Positions 51,798-62,471 of a DNA stretch of 64,000 nucleotides are shown here, piece by piece. Position 1 is the first letter of the stretch, and each line of letters starts with the position of its first letter. This DNA is from Massalongia carnosa (lineage: Eukaryota): assembly GCA_965645245.1 (NCBI GenBank), contig OZ287072.1, positions 310,001 to 374,000 of the forward strand, given 5' to 3'. A program made the translations under genes and the position numbers. The notes beneath the pieces are model-generated. The model was given only the letters and a program-made list of their open reading frames with translations, was not told the origin of the DNA and searched no databases.

Positions 51798-52512
51798 ATG
51801 TCTGCCCCTCCACCACCAAGCTACGGGCAGAGCAATCCTGCGCAACAAGGCGGATACTATCCCGGTAAGTCTATCGCTCCGCCTTTAAGCAACAGTTAAT
51901 TCAAATGATGGACAGCTCCTCCGGATAATAGGGCATATCCTCCGCCTGGTACGTTGGATTTCGTGTGCCTACATGGATGGCTTTCCATTGATATGTTGTC
52001 TTAAGGTCAAGGGCAATCTTACCCACCCCCTCCAATCTCGCCGGGCTTTGCTCCGCCTCCGCAATCATTTCCACCCCCACCTGCTCAACCATCTCCCACC
52101 GGCCCAAGTGGTTATCCTCCTCCACCACCGCAACAGCAGTATGGCAGCAATGACCGCCGCGCTTCCTATCAGCCTCCACCGCATTCCACACCTTCTTTCC
52201 ACACACCAGAAAAAAACCCGAGCGTATACAGTGAGCCGCCTCCACCTGCAGGGCATGTTGGCGGACATCCAAGCTACAGCCAACCTCCACTCTCGGCAGA
52301 GAAACCTTTGAACACAAATCAGCCCTCGCAGATGCCCGGTGGAGCGCCGGCGGCTGGCCATTTCATAGGCGTTTCGTCAACGCAAGATGACGTGGGAACT
52401 TTCAACGGCGGTAGCTATAGAATAAGTCATAGGGACACCAATACGATTCTCACTCTGCAGCTTGCGGCAGGATGTCCGCTTCACGCGAAACCTGGTACGT
52501 TAAGCTGTGATG

Positions 52513-52544
<32 letters not shown>

Positions 52545-53233
52545 GGTGAATCACGATCCGCCGTGGATAGAAGCTAATGAAATATCAGGGGTTATGATTG
52601 CCATGTCGCCCACCGTCACCCTAAAAGGAGCCGTCAAATTCTCAATGAAAAAGCTAATCGCAGGCGGTGAAATGACATCATCAACCTACACCGGTCCGGG
52701 GGAGCTTCTCCTAGCACCCTCCTACATCGGCGATTTGACCACCTTACGGCTCACAGGTAACGAGAACTGGAACGTCGGAAAAGACGCCTTCATAGCCTGC
52801 ACGCAGGGGATCGAGAAAGACTATAAGAACCAGGGATTCGGCAAAGCTATGTTCTCCGGCGAAGGGCTCTTCGTGTACAAGATTAGTGGTACGGGAATCA
52901 TGTGGATCGGAAGCTTCGGAGCCATCATCCGTAAAGACGTAAGTTTCCTTGCAACTCCACCTTGAGCCGTAATATGTAGAGGGTCCCAAAACGCTAACGT
53001 AAAGGTTTTAGCTACAACCCGAAGAAAAATATATTATTGATAATGGCCATCTCGTGGCGTGGAACTGCAAGTACGTGCTTGAGCGCGTGGCAAGTGGGGG
53101 GATCATTAGCGGAATATCATCCGGGGAAGGCTTGGTGTGCAAGTTTACGGGCCCTGGGACTGTATTCCTGCAAACACGCCAACCCGCAGCATTTGGGCTG
53201 TGGATGCAGGCTCATACAAACAGACCGGCATAG
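51798..53233 (+). CDS. AIM24-domain protein with a Pro-rich N-terminus, multi-exon
   Basis: Motifs [71 protein letters not shown] and [13 protein letters not shown]. Confidence 0.85.
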
Positions 53234-54159
53234 GTGAGTCAGCTCATTTCACGTAGAGCGGGAAATGAGGAGGGTGGAAAGCGTTCCATGACGACGTTTA
53301 TTGCGGTTATGACTGACTTTCGCTTTGCAAAGCTTTCCCCACGAGAATGATAGAAACGGTCGAATATGGGGGCGCGGGGACCCACTTTTTCCTCGGAACT
53401 TTTGTTCTTTGTTCGTTAGTTTCTCGATGGCTCTTTTCTCTTCATCCAAACCCTCATCTCAAAAAAACATGTAATACCACTGTTCGTTCGCTCCTATCCA
53501 ACAACAGTCTCTTACACATCTGTTCCATGTTTTATTCGTCTTCGTTGCCCGAGAAATTCTGATACTGTTTTCCATTCAGAAAGAAACCCTCGAACCGATC
53601 GGCGCCGCTCACGACGTGCAGAACATCCTCCGTCTTCGCGATCAATCCAGTATGCTTTTTCTCTTTCTTCCCAACCCCCCCCCCAAATTTTTTTGGACAT
53701 AAAATTATATTTTCCCGTGCCCGCAAAAAAAAGAAAAAAAAAGGCACCCGAACTGTTGTTCAAGAACCTCTTTTCCCCCCCTTCCCCTCTAAATCCGCTT
53801 CCATTTTTCTTCTCCATTTCTTCCTCTTTGGTCTGTTATGGTAGGTTAGGATAGGGCAAGGCATAACCTGTCCAATTATTTTCTGAAAATTTTTTTTTTC
53901 ACTATATTACGGGATATCGGTATGTCCCACACACACACATGGGGACACGAAAGGCTATGGGTTGGCTAGCAAGCTGCTGGGGTATTTTTTTTTCTTCTTC
54001 TCTTTTTCCTTTTGGTGGGTGTGGTGAGGAGTTCTGAGGTGAGAGAGTTGTTGAGCGGTTGGGGGGTTGGAGGAAAGAGGGGGGGACGGGGAGAGGGGGA
54101 GGAAGGCCGCAGCTGGGCAAGAGGGATGAGGAGGGGCGGGTACATATATATATACACAT

Positions 54160-54164
<5 letters not shown>

Positions 54165-54200
<36 letters not shown>

Positions 54201-54252
54201 CCTTTACGGCCGAGGCGGGATTGAGGGGATGATGATGATGATGATGATGATG
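54165..54252. repeat. Microsatellites (GA)n and (GAT)n
   Basis: A GA dinucleotide run at about 54165-54198 and a GAT triplet run at about 54228-54252. Confidence 0.9.
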
Positions 54253-54543
54253 AAGAGGGTTGATATAATCGGCAAACGACATGTGGGGATCAGGTAGGGA
54301 GATTTTGCCGGCTGGGACAAAGCTGTCATGGCCAGTCTCCGTGATGGTCCAATCATGTACGTATATACGAGTATAGCACTCAGGGGGGCAAAGGGCTTTC
54401 ATTATCATCGTCATTATGCTGCATGCTGCATGTTGAGGCGATAAAGCACAGATTGTCTTTGAGTTAGTTACATGCTATAATAACATGGTCCACTTCGCTC
54501 GCTATCACCCCCGTAACAGTTACCTGTAGCACGCTGGGGATGT

Positions 54544-55387
54544 TCAAATCATTGCCAACCCCCCCACAGCCACCAGGCACTGTCCCGTGATCCAGCGCGA
54601 CCCCTCTTCAGCCAGGAAAGCCGCGATCTGCGCGATGTCGTCGACGGTGCCCGCGCGATGGCCCAGGGGCGTCATGGCCAGCTGGGTGTCGAGGAAGTCC
54701 TGCGGCAGCGTGTCGCCCAGGTTGGTCATGACGGGGCCCGGGTTGAGACAGTTGACGCTGTGGCCAGCCGGGCCCAGCTCGGTCGCCATGCCTCGCGTCA
54801 TGCCCTCCAGCGCTGCTTTGGTGGATGAGTAGGCGACGAGTTTAGCGAAGCCGTTCCAGGACGCAATCGAGCCGATGTTGATAATGCGACCGGGAGCCCG
54901 GAGATGGGGCAGCACGGCCTTGACCATCAGGTAGGGGCCTCGCACATTGAGCTTGTAGACGTCGGCAAAGTCTTCGGCTGTGGTTTCCTCGATGGATTTG
55001 ACGTGGCCGGTCCCGGCGTGGTTGACTAGAATGTCGATATGGTCTCCGAACGCTTGGCGAGTCTCCGCAAGGATTTGGCCAGGCGGTTCTATTTTACACA
55101 GACAAGCTCGGACTTTGATGGCGTCAGACCCATTGCCCAAGGCTTAAATGGTTGAAACCACCTCCTCCGCACGGGTGTCGATGCTCGAAGATGCATAGAT
55201 GATGACGACCTGGTTCCAAGAGTAAGAGATGTCCAAATTCCTGTTCTGCCGTTCAGCAATAAGCAAACTTACCTTCGCACCACGTTTTGCAAGCTCCAAA
55301 GCAATTCCAGCACCAATCCCCTCGCGAAGCCCCTGTCACGATCACAACCTTTCCTTGCAGAGAGAGAGAGGGAGTAGTTAAAGACAT
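54544..55387 (-). pseudogene. Short-chain dehydrogenase/reductase (FabG-like) pseudogene
   Basis: The GKVVIVTGASRG-IG motif is broken by an extra G (CCCC at 55318-55321). There is an in-frame TAA at 55146-55144 (STI*ALG). The rest keeps DILVNHAG, YSSTKAA, NCLNPGPV and WITGQ. Confidence 0.85.
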
Positions 55388-56002
55388 TCTTTTTGAAATA
55401 AGATGGGAAGGGATGTAGTTCGAGGGGGACATGACCATCTTTTAGCTTGTATACCTTTTCCGTCCCGAATGCTTAAGCTCTACCAGTTACGCGTCGACTC
55501 CGCTACAAAACGCCTCCTTGAACGGGTCCGAATCCGCATCGGCAGTAGAATAATGGGCTAGAACATTTGCAGGGTGCCATCTCGTCTTTTGGTATCAATC
55601 CCAATAGGAGGCTGCGCAACGATTGAATGGTACAGACTGATTTCCTAAAAAAAACAATGTAAAAGAATAAAATGTTCAAAGAGTGCTCAGAAAATTGCTG
55701 CAGCACAAGCTCATTCGAATATCATGCCACTTGACACGGCTCGCAAGTGTGAAAGCCCTAGTTCAGATATCGGGGTGTCCCAATCCTATTTTGATTTGTT
55801 CGTCGGGAACCTCAGCTGATGGCTTGCAAGTAGTTGGCCATATCAACGCTGAAAGAGTAAAGAATTGTGGCTATCCATTGGGGGGGATGCTCTGCGCATT
55901 TCAGCTGGCACTCAGTCTACAGGACTGAATGCCGAACACCCATATAACCGAAAATTTAAATATTTTGACCAACCACCTTGATAAATTATCATCAACATCA
56001 TC

Positions 56003-57600
56003 ATGTCTTCCACTTATCAGGAAATTGAGGCTCGAATTCAACTAGCTATTGATCATCTACGAAAAAATCCTACAGCTAAAAGAGCTAAAATTGCGCGTCA
56101 ATTCGACGTGCCTTCGCAGCGACTTCGTTTTCGACTTCAAGGTCATCCCCCCGCATCTGACGTACGAGGACTGCATGGACGTCGATTATCATCTGATCAA
56201 GACTTGGCCTTAGTCTTATATATTCAGCGAATGATCGTATTAGGCCTTCATCCTCGTTTTCGAATGATAGAAGCAGCTGCCAATAAGTTGCTAATGCAGG
56301 GCTGGACTGATTCGACCCCACCACAACCATTGAGTCATGCATGCATGGGCCACACGATGGATGAGTCGTCATTCTGAATTTCAGAAGATTAAACGCAAGC
56401 CTATTGCAGCCGTACGAAAGAATGCGGAGCACCCGGTCGTTTTACGAGCTCATTTTAATCAGTACAGTCAGATAGTGCATGAGCATGGCATATGTGATGA
56501 GGACAAATGGAATTTTGATGAGACGGGCTTTCGATTGGGTCATTACTTTAGCAGATGACAAGCAGAAAAAGGTGTTTTCTAAAGATCCAGACAATCGTGA
56601 AAGTTTGACAGCCATCGAATGTATAAATGGCGCTGGGGGCAGCATTCCTTCATTTCTCATACTCAGTGGATTGATGATTCAAGGTTCATGGGCCGAAAAT
56701 GATTTGAATGATGGAGTCATGCTTTCGACAGCCAAGACTGGTTATTCAAATGACTGGTTATCTATAGAATGGCTGAAGCATTTCGATAAGCACTCCTTAA
56801 AGAGTCAAAAAGGGGCGTATCGACTACTAATGATGGATTTTTATGGGTCGCATCATACTATTGAATTTATTAAGTACTGCAATGAGGCCAAAATGATCCC
56901 CTTCGGCCTGCCACCGACATACGACTCATCTGTTGCAACCATTGGACGTCGTAGTTTTTCAGCCCCTGAAACATTGGCATGCTGAGGCGGTTAAGGATGC
57001 AATGGCCCATGGGGACGAGACGTTTAATAAGGTGGAATTTTTGAATGTTTTCAACTCGTTTCGAAATAAAGCATTCAAAATTTCGACTATAAAATCAGTA
57101 TTGAAGGCCGTGGGCATCATTCCTTTCGATCCGTCCGTTGTCTTCGATAAATTGGGAATAGGGGCCTCGTACATTGAGGCCGATCCTTTGGCTGATATTT
57201 ATGATCAAACACCTGATCATTCGGATAATGATCTTTCGGACCCGCAAACTCCGAAGAATTTGAGTGCTTTGCTTCAAGCTTCGTATGAAATTGAGGCTCA
57301 ATATGCGAAATTCGTCAAAGGCGCTTTAGCATGTGCTCGAGAAAGCGAGCTGTTATCGGATCAATTAGCACTGACTAAAGCAACCGAAAACGCTTGAAAG
57401 GTGAGGGTCAATCAGAGCAATCATTACGTTCAAAAAGGAGGAGTTATTCAGGTGGATCAATGCAGAAGAATGACTTTCGAGCGAAAGGAGGAAGAGGAGC
57501 AATTGGAGTCGGATCGTCAGAATAAGGCTGATCGTCAACAACGAAAGCGATGGAGGCCGATATTTAGGGAGTTGAAACGGAAGATACCATATTATATAGT
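56003..57600 (+). pseudogene. pogo/Fot1 DDE_1 transposase pseudogene
   Basis: HTH_psq-like start (AKIARQFDVPSQRL), WNFDETGF, RESLTAIECI, LLMMDFYGSH and QPLDVVVFQPLK lie in four frame segments. There is a 4-bp CATG duplication near 56340 and a TGA at 57395. The 3' end is split by the nested element and resumes at 60445. Confidence 0.9.
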
Positions 57601-57996
57601 AGGGGTTTTCAGAGTAGAAATTTTCGAGTCTATAAACCATTATTCCCGTTTTCCCGTAAATATTAGTAAGCAAACTAAATCTATATAGGTTTAACTCTAC
57701 CCCTTTTTTTTATAAATACGGGAACACGGGAATAATGGTTTATCGGTCAAAATCGACCGATAAACCATTATCTCATAAACCCGTATCTCATAAATCCTTC
57801 AATCCACTAACCTCATTCATCAGAATTATAAGGTAAATGATCAACGGCATCAACGAATCGTACAATTAAGGTAAGAATACTACTACCTCGTCTTCTTTCG
57901 TAGCTGACCACTGTTCTTGTCAGGGTGTTCTTGTCAGGGCTCAAAATCTAGTTAATAGAAATTCTCAGAATCAGCCCCAACAGTTCTAAAATAAAG

Positions 57997-58962
57997 ATGA
58001 CGTCCACACCCCCTCCTACTCGTATCGTTCGAACTCGCCAGGCTCCCAACATCAGATGGAAAGATGAAGACATTCAGCAGATTGTTCAATGGCTTTGCTT
58101 TCGAGATGGCGATGGAGTCCTTACTCATCTAAACACCTATCAAAAGAGTAATAAAGTGGAGGCATCCAGACGTTTGTTGGAAGAAAATGGATTGGGACTG
58201 CAACGACCGGACATCTCAAAGGAAAAGACGAGGGACAAATTCGGTCAGATGATAAAGACTTTCAAAGAGACGCGGAGTCTGGCCGATACAACTGGATGGG
58301 GAGTGGATCCTACCAATCATGATGTTGTCGCCGACAACACTCGCAGGGAGACAATCAAGGAGGTTATCTTGAAGAAATGCGCATGGTACTATGAATTTGA
58401 AGAGATCATGGGGGATCTACCTACTATTACCCCTCCATTTCTCATAGAGTCCACTCAGCCTGATGTTACTACAGAATTGATGACAGGCGGAAAAGAACTG
58501 AATGATTCAGAAGATGATAACTTCGAGATTGATCTTAAGGATAAGACTACAGATGAAGATAATCAATCCGAAACGGATTTGTTGAAAGAAGGTCCGATGA
58601 AGAAGAAGACGGTTAAACATTTAAAACCTTCTACCCTTAACAAGAAGATGGGATCATCCACTAAACGTCCCTGGAATGTGGACAGCGACAGCGAGACGTC
58701 TCGTCCCAAGCTAAGTAAGCAAAGATCTATAAACAAGTCCGTGGGTGATGCAATGATTGAGGTTCCACTCATGAAATCTAAAGATTTCGAGATTGATCAG
58801 GCTAGACTGCAAAGGAATAATGATCTAGAAATCAAGCAACGAGATCAGCATCATCAGGAGATTATTTTGAAGCATGAAGAATCCATTATCATGGCTAAAA
58901 TGCAACATGAGGAGACCATGCGACGACTACAAATCGAGCTGGAGAAGACGTCCCAGAGATAA
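57997..58962 (+). CDS. Harbinger accessory Myb/SANT-like DNA-binding protein
   Basis: 321-aa ORF inside the TIRs: RWKDED..IVQWL...KTRDKF..MIKTFK...TGWGV...KKCAWYYEFEEIM, followed by an acidic/basic linker and a coiled-coil tail. Confidence 0.8.
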   Translation: MTSTPPPTRIVRTRQAPNIRWKDEDIQQIVQWLCFRDGDGVLTHLNTYQKSNKVEASRRLLEENGLGLQRPDISKEKTRDKFGQMIKTFKETRSLADTTGWGVDPTNHDVVADNTRRETIKEVILKKCAWYYEFEEIMGDLPTITPPFLIESTQPDVTTELMTGGKELNDSEDDNFEIDLKDKTTDEDNQSETDLLKEGPMKKKTVKHLKPSTLNKKMGSSTKRPWNVDSDSETSRPKLSKQRSINKSVGDAMIEVPLMKSKDFEIDQARLQRNNDLEIKQRDQHHQEIILKHEESIIMAKMQHEETMRRLQIELEKTSQR

Positions 58963-59011
58963 GATTTTATTTCATTGATGTCTCAAAGATGAGATGCATC
59001 TTGCTTAATAG

Positions 59012-60268
59012 TCATCTGCCAATATCACTGAGAACTAGATCTTTTACCTGTTCCCTTTTCAAAATGCCCTCCATCATTTGCCTTGTAGCCAAATATTTTA
59101 ATTCTTCATCATGAGCCTCTTCTTCTGATGTCCACCATCCTTCTTCTTCTTCCCATTCATCATGCATGTCCAACAAAACGTTATGCAGTACTACACATGC
59201 AGTAATCCAACGAATGGCGTAGATGTAACCTTTCTTGTTTCTAATTCGAAGTCTCAGCCCGGTTAAACTTTTCCATCTTCCTTTCAAAATTCCAAAGGTG
59301 TGCTCGATGTCAATACGAATTCGAGACAGTCTTCTATTGAACTTTCGAACATTCGCATCTCTGGTATGAGGGGCCTTGTATGGAGTCACCAAATAGCGAG
59401 AATTGGTGTAGGCACTGTCGCCGAGAAGATACTGCCCTTCCGAGAAGTAAAGATGAGGATTTCTATTCAAATCTCCCGCCGCGAAGATTCTCTGATCGTG
59501 CTGAGAGTTTGGCCAACCACTGAGGAAGTAAATGAATCTTTTGTCGGAATCGCATACGGCACATAAATCCAGGGCGTATCTTTTCTTTCGATTAAAGAAT
59601 AATTCGCCGTCATAACGACCTCCAGGTTTGGTACTGAGCACTATATCCGTCCCATCCACCTTTCCTACTACTCCGATAAATCCTGATTCTCGAGTATCAT
59701 TGGCTAAGCTTTCTCTTGTCCTAGCTCTTGCAGTTGGCCATTTGATGAAGCTATTCCTCAACCGACATAAGGCCTCCACCACTCGCTTGGTACAATCGAA
59801 AACGTGTCCCTCGGATACTCCCCAAAAGGTGGCAGTTGAAAGAAACCCGCTTCCGCTACCATCATGACCAAGCTTGTATAAGGCACATTGAAGTTGACTT
59901 TCGACCGGTGCCTGTTGAATATTGGAATTGTTTTGGAAGACCGAATCGGATCGAATTAAATCAACTATTCGTTGAACGGAGATACGACTCATTCGTAAAT
60001 AGCCTCGATATCGATCATCTGAAAGAGTGGGAAGGACTCGAACGGCCCAATTGGACTTGAGAATGGAAGATCTGGAAAAAAGATATCTCTGATCCTTTAA
60101 TCCTTCAGAAAGAATGAGGTATTCCAAAGCGTCATCGGCCTCATTGGAAGAGGTGGCAAGAGTACTACTGGCTAAGAAAAGGTGGTACAGATCTCTTTGT
60201 AAAAGAAGCTTGTTGCTGTATCGAGGCATTTCAGAAGCTTGATAAGATGATGCTTTAGAGAATTTCAT
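59012..60268 (-). CDS. Harbinger DDE transposase (DDE_Tnp_4/HARBI1-like)
   Basis: 418-aa intact ORF with YLRMSR, GKVDGTDI, FFNRKKRYA, GWPNSQHD, YLLGDSAY, FNRRLSRIRIDIEHTFGILKGRW and ACVVLHN. Confidence 0.93.
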   Translation of the reverse strand: MKFSKASSYQASEMPRYSNKLLLQRDLYHLFLASSTLATSSNEADDALEYLILSEGLKDQRYLFSRSSILKSNWAVRVLPTLSDDRYRGYLRMSRISVQRIVDLIRSDSVFQNNSNIQQAPVESQLQCALYKLGHDGSGSGFLSTATFWGVSEGHVFDCTKRVVEALCRLRNSFIKWPTARARTRESLANDTRESGFIGVVGKVDGTDIVLSTKPGGRYDGELFFNRKKRYALDLCAVCDSDKRFIYFLSGWPNSQHDQRIFAAGDLNRNPHLYFSEGQYLLGDSAYTNSRYLVTPYKAPHTRDANVRKFNRRLSRIRIDIEHTFGILKGRWKSLTGLRLRIRNKKGYIYAIRWITACVVLHNVLLDMHDEWEEEEGWWTSEEEAHDEELKYLATRQMMEGILKREQVKDLVLSDIGR

Positions 60269-60669
60269 GATGATTGATTTTTGATGATGATCAGATAAGG
60301 CGATAAGCAGTTTATTAATCTTTTTGAAATTTAAGGTGATAGGGGGACTCAGAGCAAAATGGCAAATACGGGAATAATGGTTTATAGAATAAGAAATAAT
60401 GGTTTATTTATAAAAGTCGAAATTCTACTCTGAAAACCCCTAGTGAATGGCTCGTATGGTTTATCAAAACGTTGATAACCTGATGTTTTTGGGCCTGTAG
60501 GTGAAATAGTGAAATATTCGGTTATATGGGTGTTCGGCACTCAGTCCTGTGGACTGAGTGCCAGCTACGCGGCACGATTGCCACCCTCTATCGAGCTCTA
60601 TCGAGTAGCGTGAGTATGTACAGTCAGGTGGTGTAAGGAACTCAGGGCGGCAGATTAACTAGGTACAGA

Positions 60670-61022
60670 CTCTGTAACCAGCTTTGTACCCGTTCCCGGG
60701 TAGTTACGGGTACGAGTTTTTATACCCGGGTACTGGTATCAATTTTCGAGTATCCGGGTAATACCTAGGTATTACTATAAATAATATATATTAAATTTTC
60801 ATGAAGTTTTCTAAATGTTTCGAAATCTTTGAAAATTTCATGATAAAAATTTTACATTCTTCATTTAAAATATCGTTTATAATCAAAATTTAATATAATA
60901 TGATCATAAGATCACAAATTTTATTACTAAAAATTTGATATTTTTTGATATTTTAGCTATAACTATACTAAGAATAAAAAATTACCCGAATACTACCCGG
61001 GTACGGCGGGTTTATTACAGTG
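60670..61022. mobile_element. Non-autonomous hAT-like MITE relic with an AT-rich core
   Basis: A direct repeat (G)GTACAGA lies at 60662-60669 and 61022-61029. The ends are CTCTGTAA...TTACAGTG. Several subterminal TACCCG/CGGGTA motifs occur at both ends. Confidence 0.65.
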
Positions 61023-61093
61023 GTACAGAGTACTCGTAGATACTAGTTGCCCCTTCCACAGTACAACCTCTGAAGTCTGCGCCTGCTTTGATC

Positions 61094-61925
61094 ATGGAGC
61101 AACCAACTACAGCTTTGATCAAGCGATCACTCCGCAACCTTCGCAGCGTAAATCACAGTTTTCCCCTTCTTTCAAGCAGTGTTCACTGATGATAGTTTAG
61201 GAGCTAGAGTTTCTCGTCGATACCAAAGCCATAACCTCTCAGCAATACTCTGCGATAGTCACTCAACTCTCGTCCCAACGCACCAACACCGACTTGTCAA
61301 ACCCATTGTCTACGCCGGTCCAAAATCCACTTCCTGCCCTGGCTGCTGCTCGACAGAATGAATCCTCATTCAACGAAAAGCAACCTGACTACTTTGCGCC
61401 ACATCCATCCGCTGCGGTTCCTCCTCCTGCATACGCCCCATCCGTTGAACCTCCCATTCTAGCCAGCGCTTCCGCCCTTTACCAATACGTCCCGTCAGAT
61501 ACCGGTGATCTGGCTATTCTTCCAGATGACCGCATTGCGATTACCGAGTTCATGAATGCCGATTGGGCCAAGGGCAGAAACGAAAGAAGCGGCCAATGGG
61601 GAATATTTCCTCGAAGCTACGTCAGAGTTCTAGATGGAAAGAGTGTTTCATCAGCTCCACCGCCCGCGACGCCTACGAGTTATGGTAACATGCCTCTCGA
61701 TGTCAGTCACGGCGGCGGCGCTGGTGCTGGTGGTGCTGGCGAGGGAAACGAGAGCAAGCTCAACCAGACAGGGAAGAAATTTGGGAAGAAGATGGGCAAT
61801 GCTGGTGAGTCACGCAAAACCATTGCTGGGTATTTTTTCGGCTGGTTCTGTTTTCTAATCCAGCCACAGCCATATTCGGAGCTGGAGCTACTATTGGCTC
61901 AAATATCGTCAATGGGATTTTCTAA
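61094..61925 (+). CDS. SH3-domain protein, Lsb1/Pin3 type
   Basis: RSLRNLRS/ELEFL N-terminus, SH3 domain ALYQY...GDL...NADWAKG...GIFPRSYV and C-terminal GKKFGKKMGNA/AIFGAGATIGSNIVNGIF*. Confidence 0.88.
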
Positions 61926-62471
61926 TGGATTCGGGTTATTGGCGCTTAAGGCATTAAAAGGGCTTTCTAGACCTTTGTTTAATGATAAACCCTTTCTTTC
62001 TCTATCCCTTAGGTTGCTCTACATGCGCACATCATGCCTGTCGTCGAGCTTTACCTGCCGTCATTTCTCTGGATGGGTTCACTTTTGTTGAGCAATTCAG
62101 CGCCGAAGGGTATAGCCATTTCATCAAGACCTAATAAACCGAAGCGAGTAGGATTCTTGATTCATTGGGAGCTTTGTAAATTTTCTTTCTAGCTACCCAG
62201 ATAAGCATTCAGTCCTACCTTGCTAGAGTTCAGATCATCTGGATAAATCTCTGTCTATTTTACATTTACAATTGCAATCTATTAGACTGGAAAAGAAATG
62301 TCGGGGATACGTTCGAGTGTACCTTATTCCCGTCATTGGAGTTAACTCCGGGCGAGAAACTTGCATATACATAGCTCCCTGTTTCCCCCGCCCTTTCCTT
62401 ATTTCAAGGCACCTTTGGCGATCCATCCTTACTCTCGTTCTTACTCGTAACATTAACAGAAGATCCTCGCG

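Larger units (their letters stand above)
57601..60441. mobile_element. Intact PIF/Harbinger-superfamily (PHIS, Pangu-like) transposon, 2841 bp
   Basis: Perfect 19-bp TIRs AGGGGTTTTCAGAGTAGAA at 57601-57619 and 60423-60441. AGT is duplicated at 57598-57600 and 60442-60444. Two convergent ORFs lie inside. Confidence 0.92.
55904..60565 (+). mobile_element. Tc1/mariner pogo/Fot1-type transposon, decayed, hosting a nested element
   Basis: TIRs of about 54 bp at 55904-55957 and 60512-60565 with 3 mismatches. The right flank is TA; the left flank is CA, presumably a mutated TA. Confidence 0.88.

Noticed and set aside
55144..55146. Premature stop in the SDR considered as an A-to-I editing or readthrough case
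   Set aside because: The stop is TAA and a separate upstream frameshift also exists, so simple pseudogenisation is more parsimonious.
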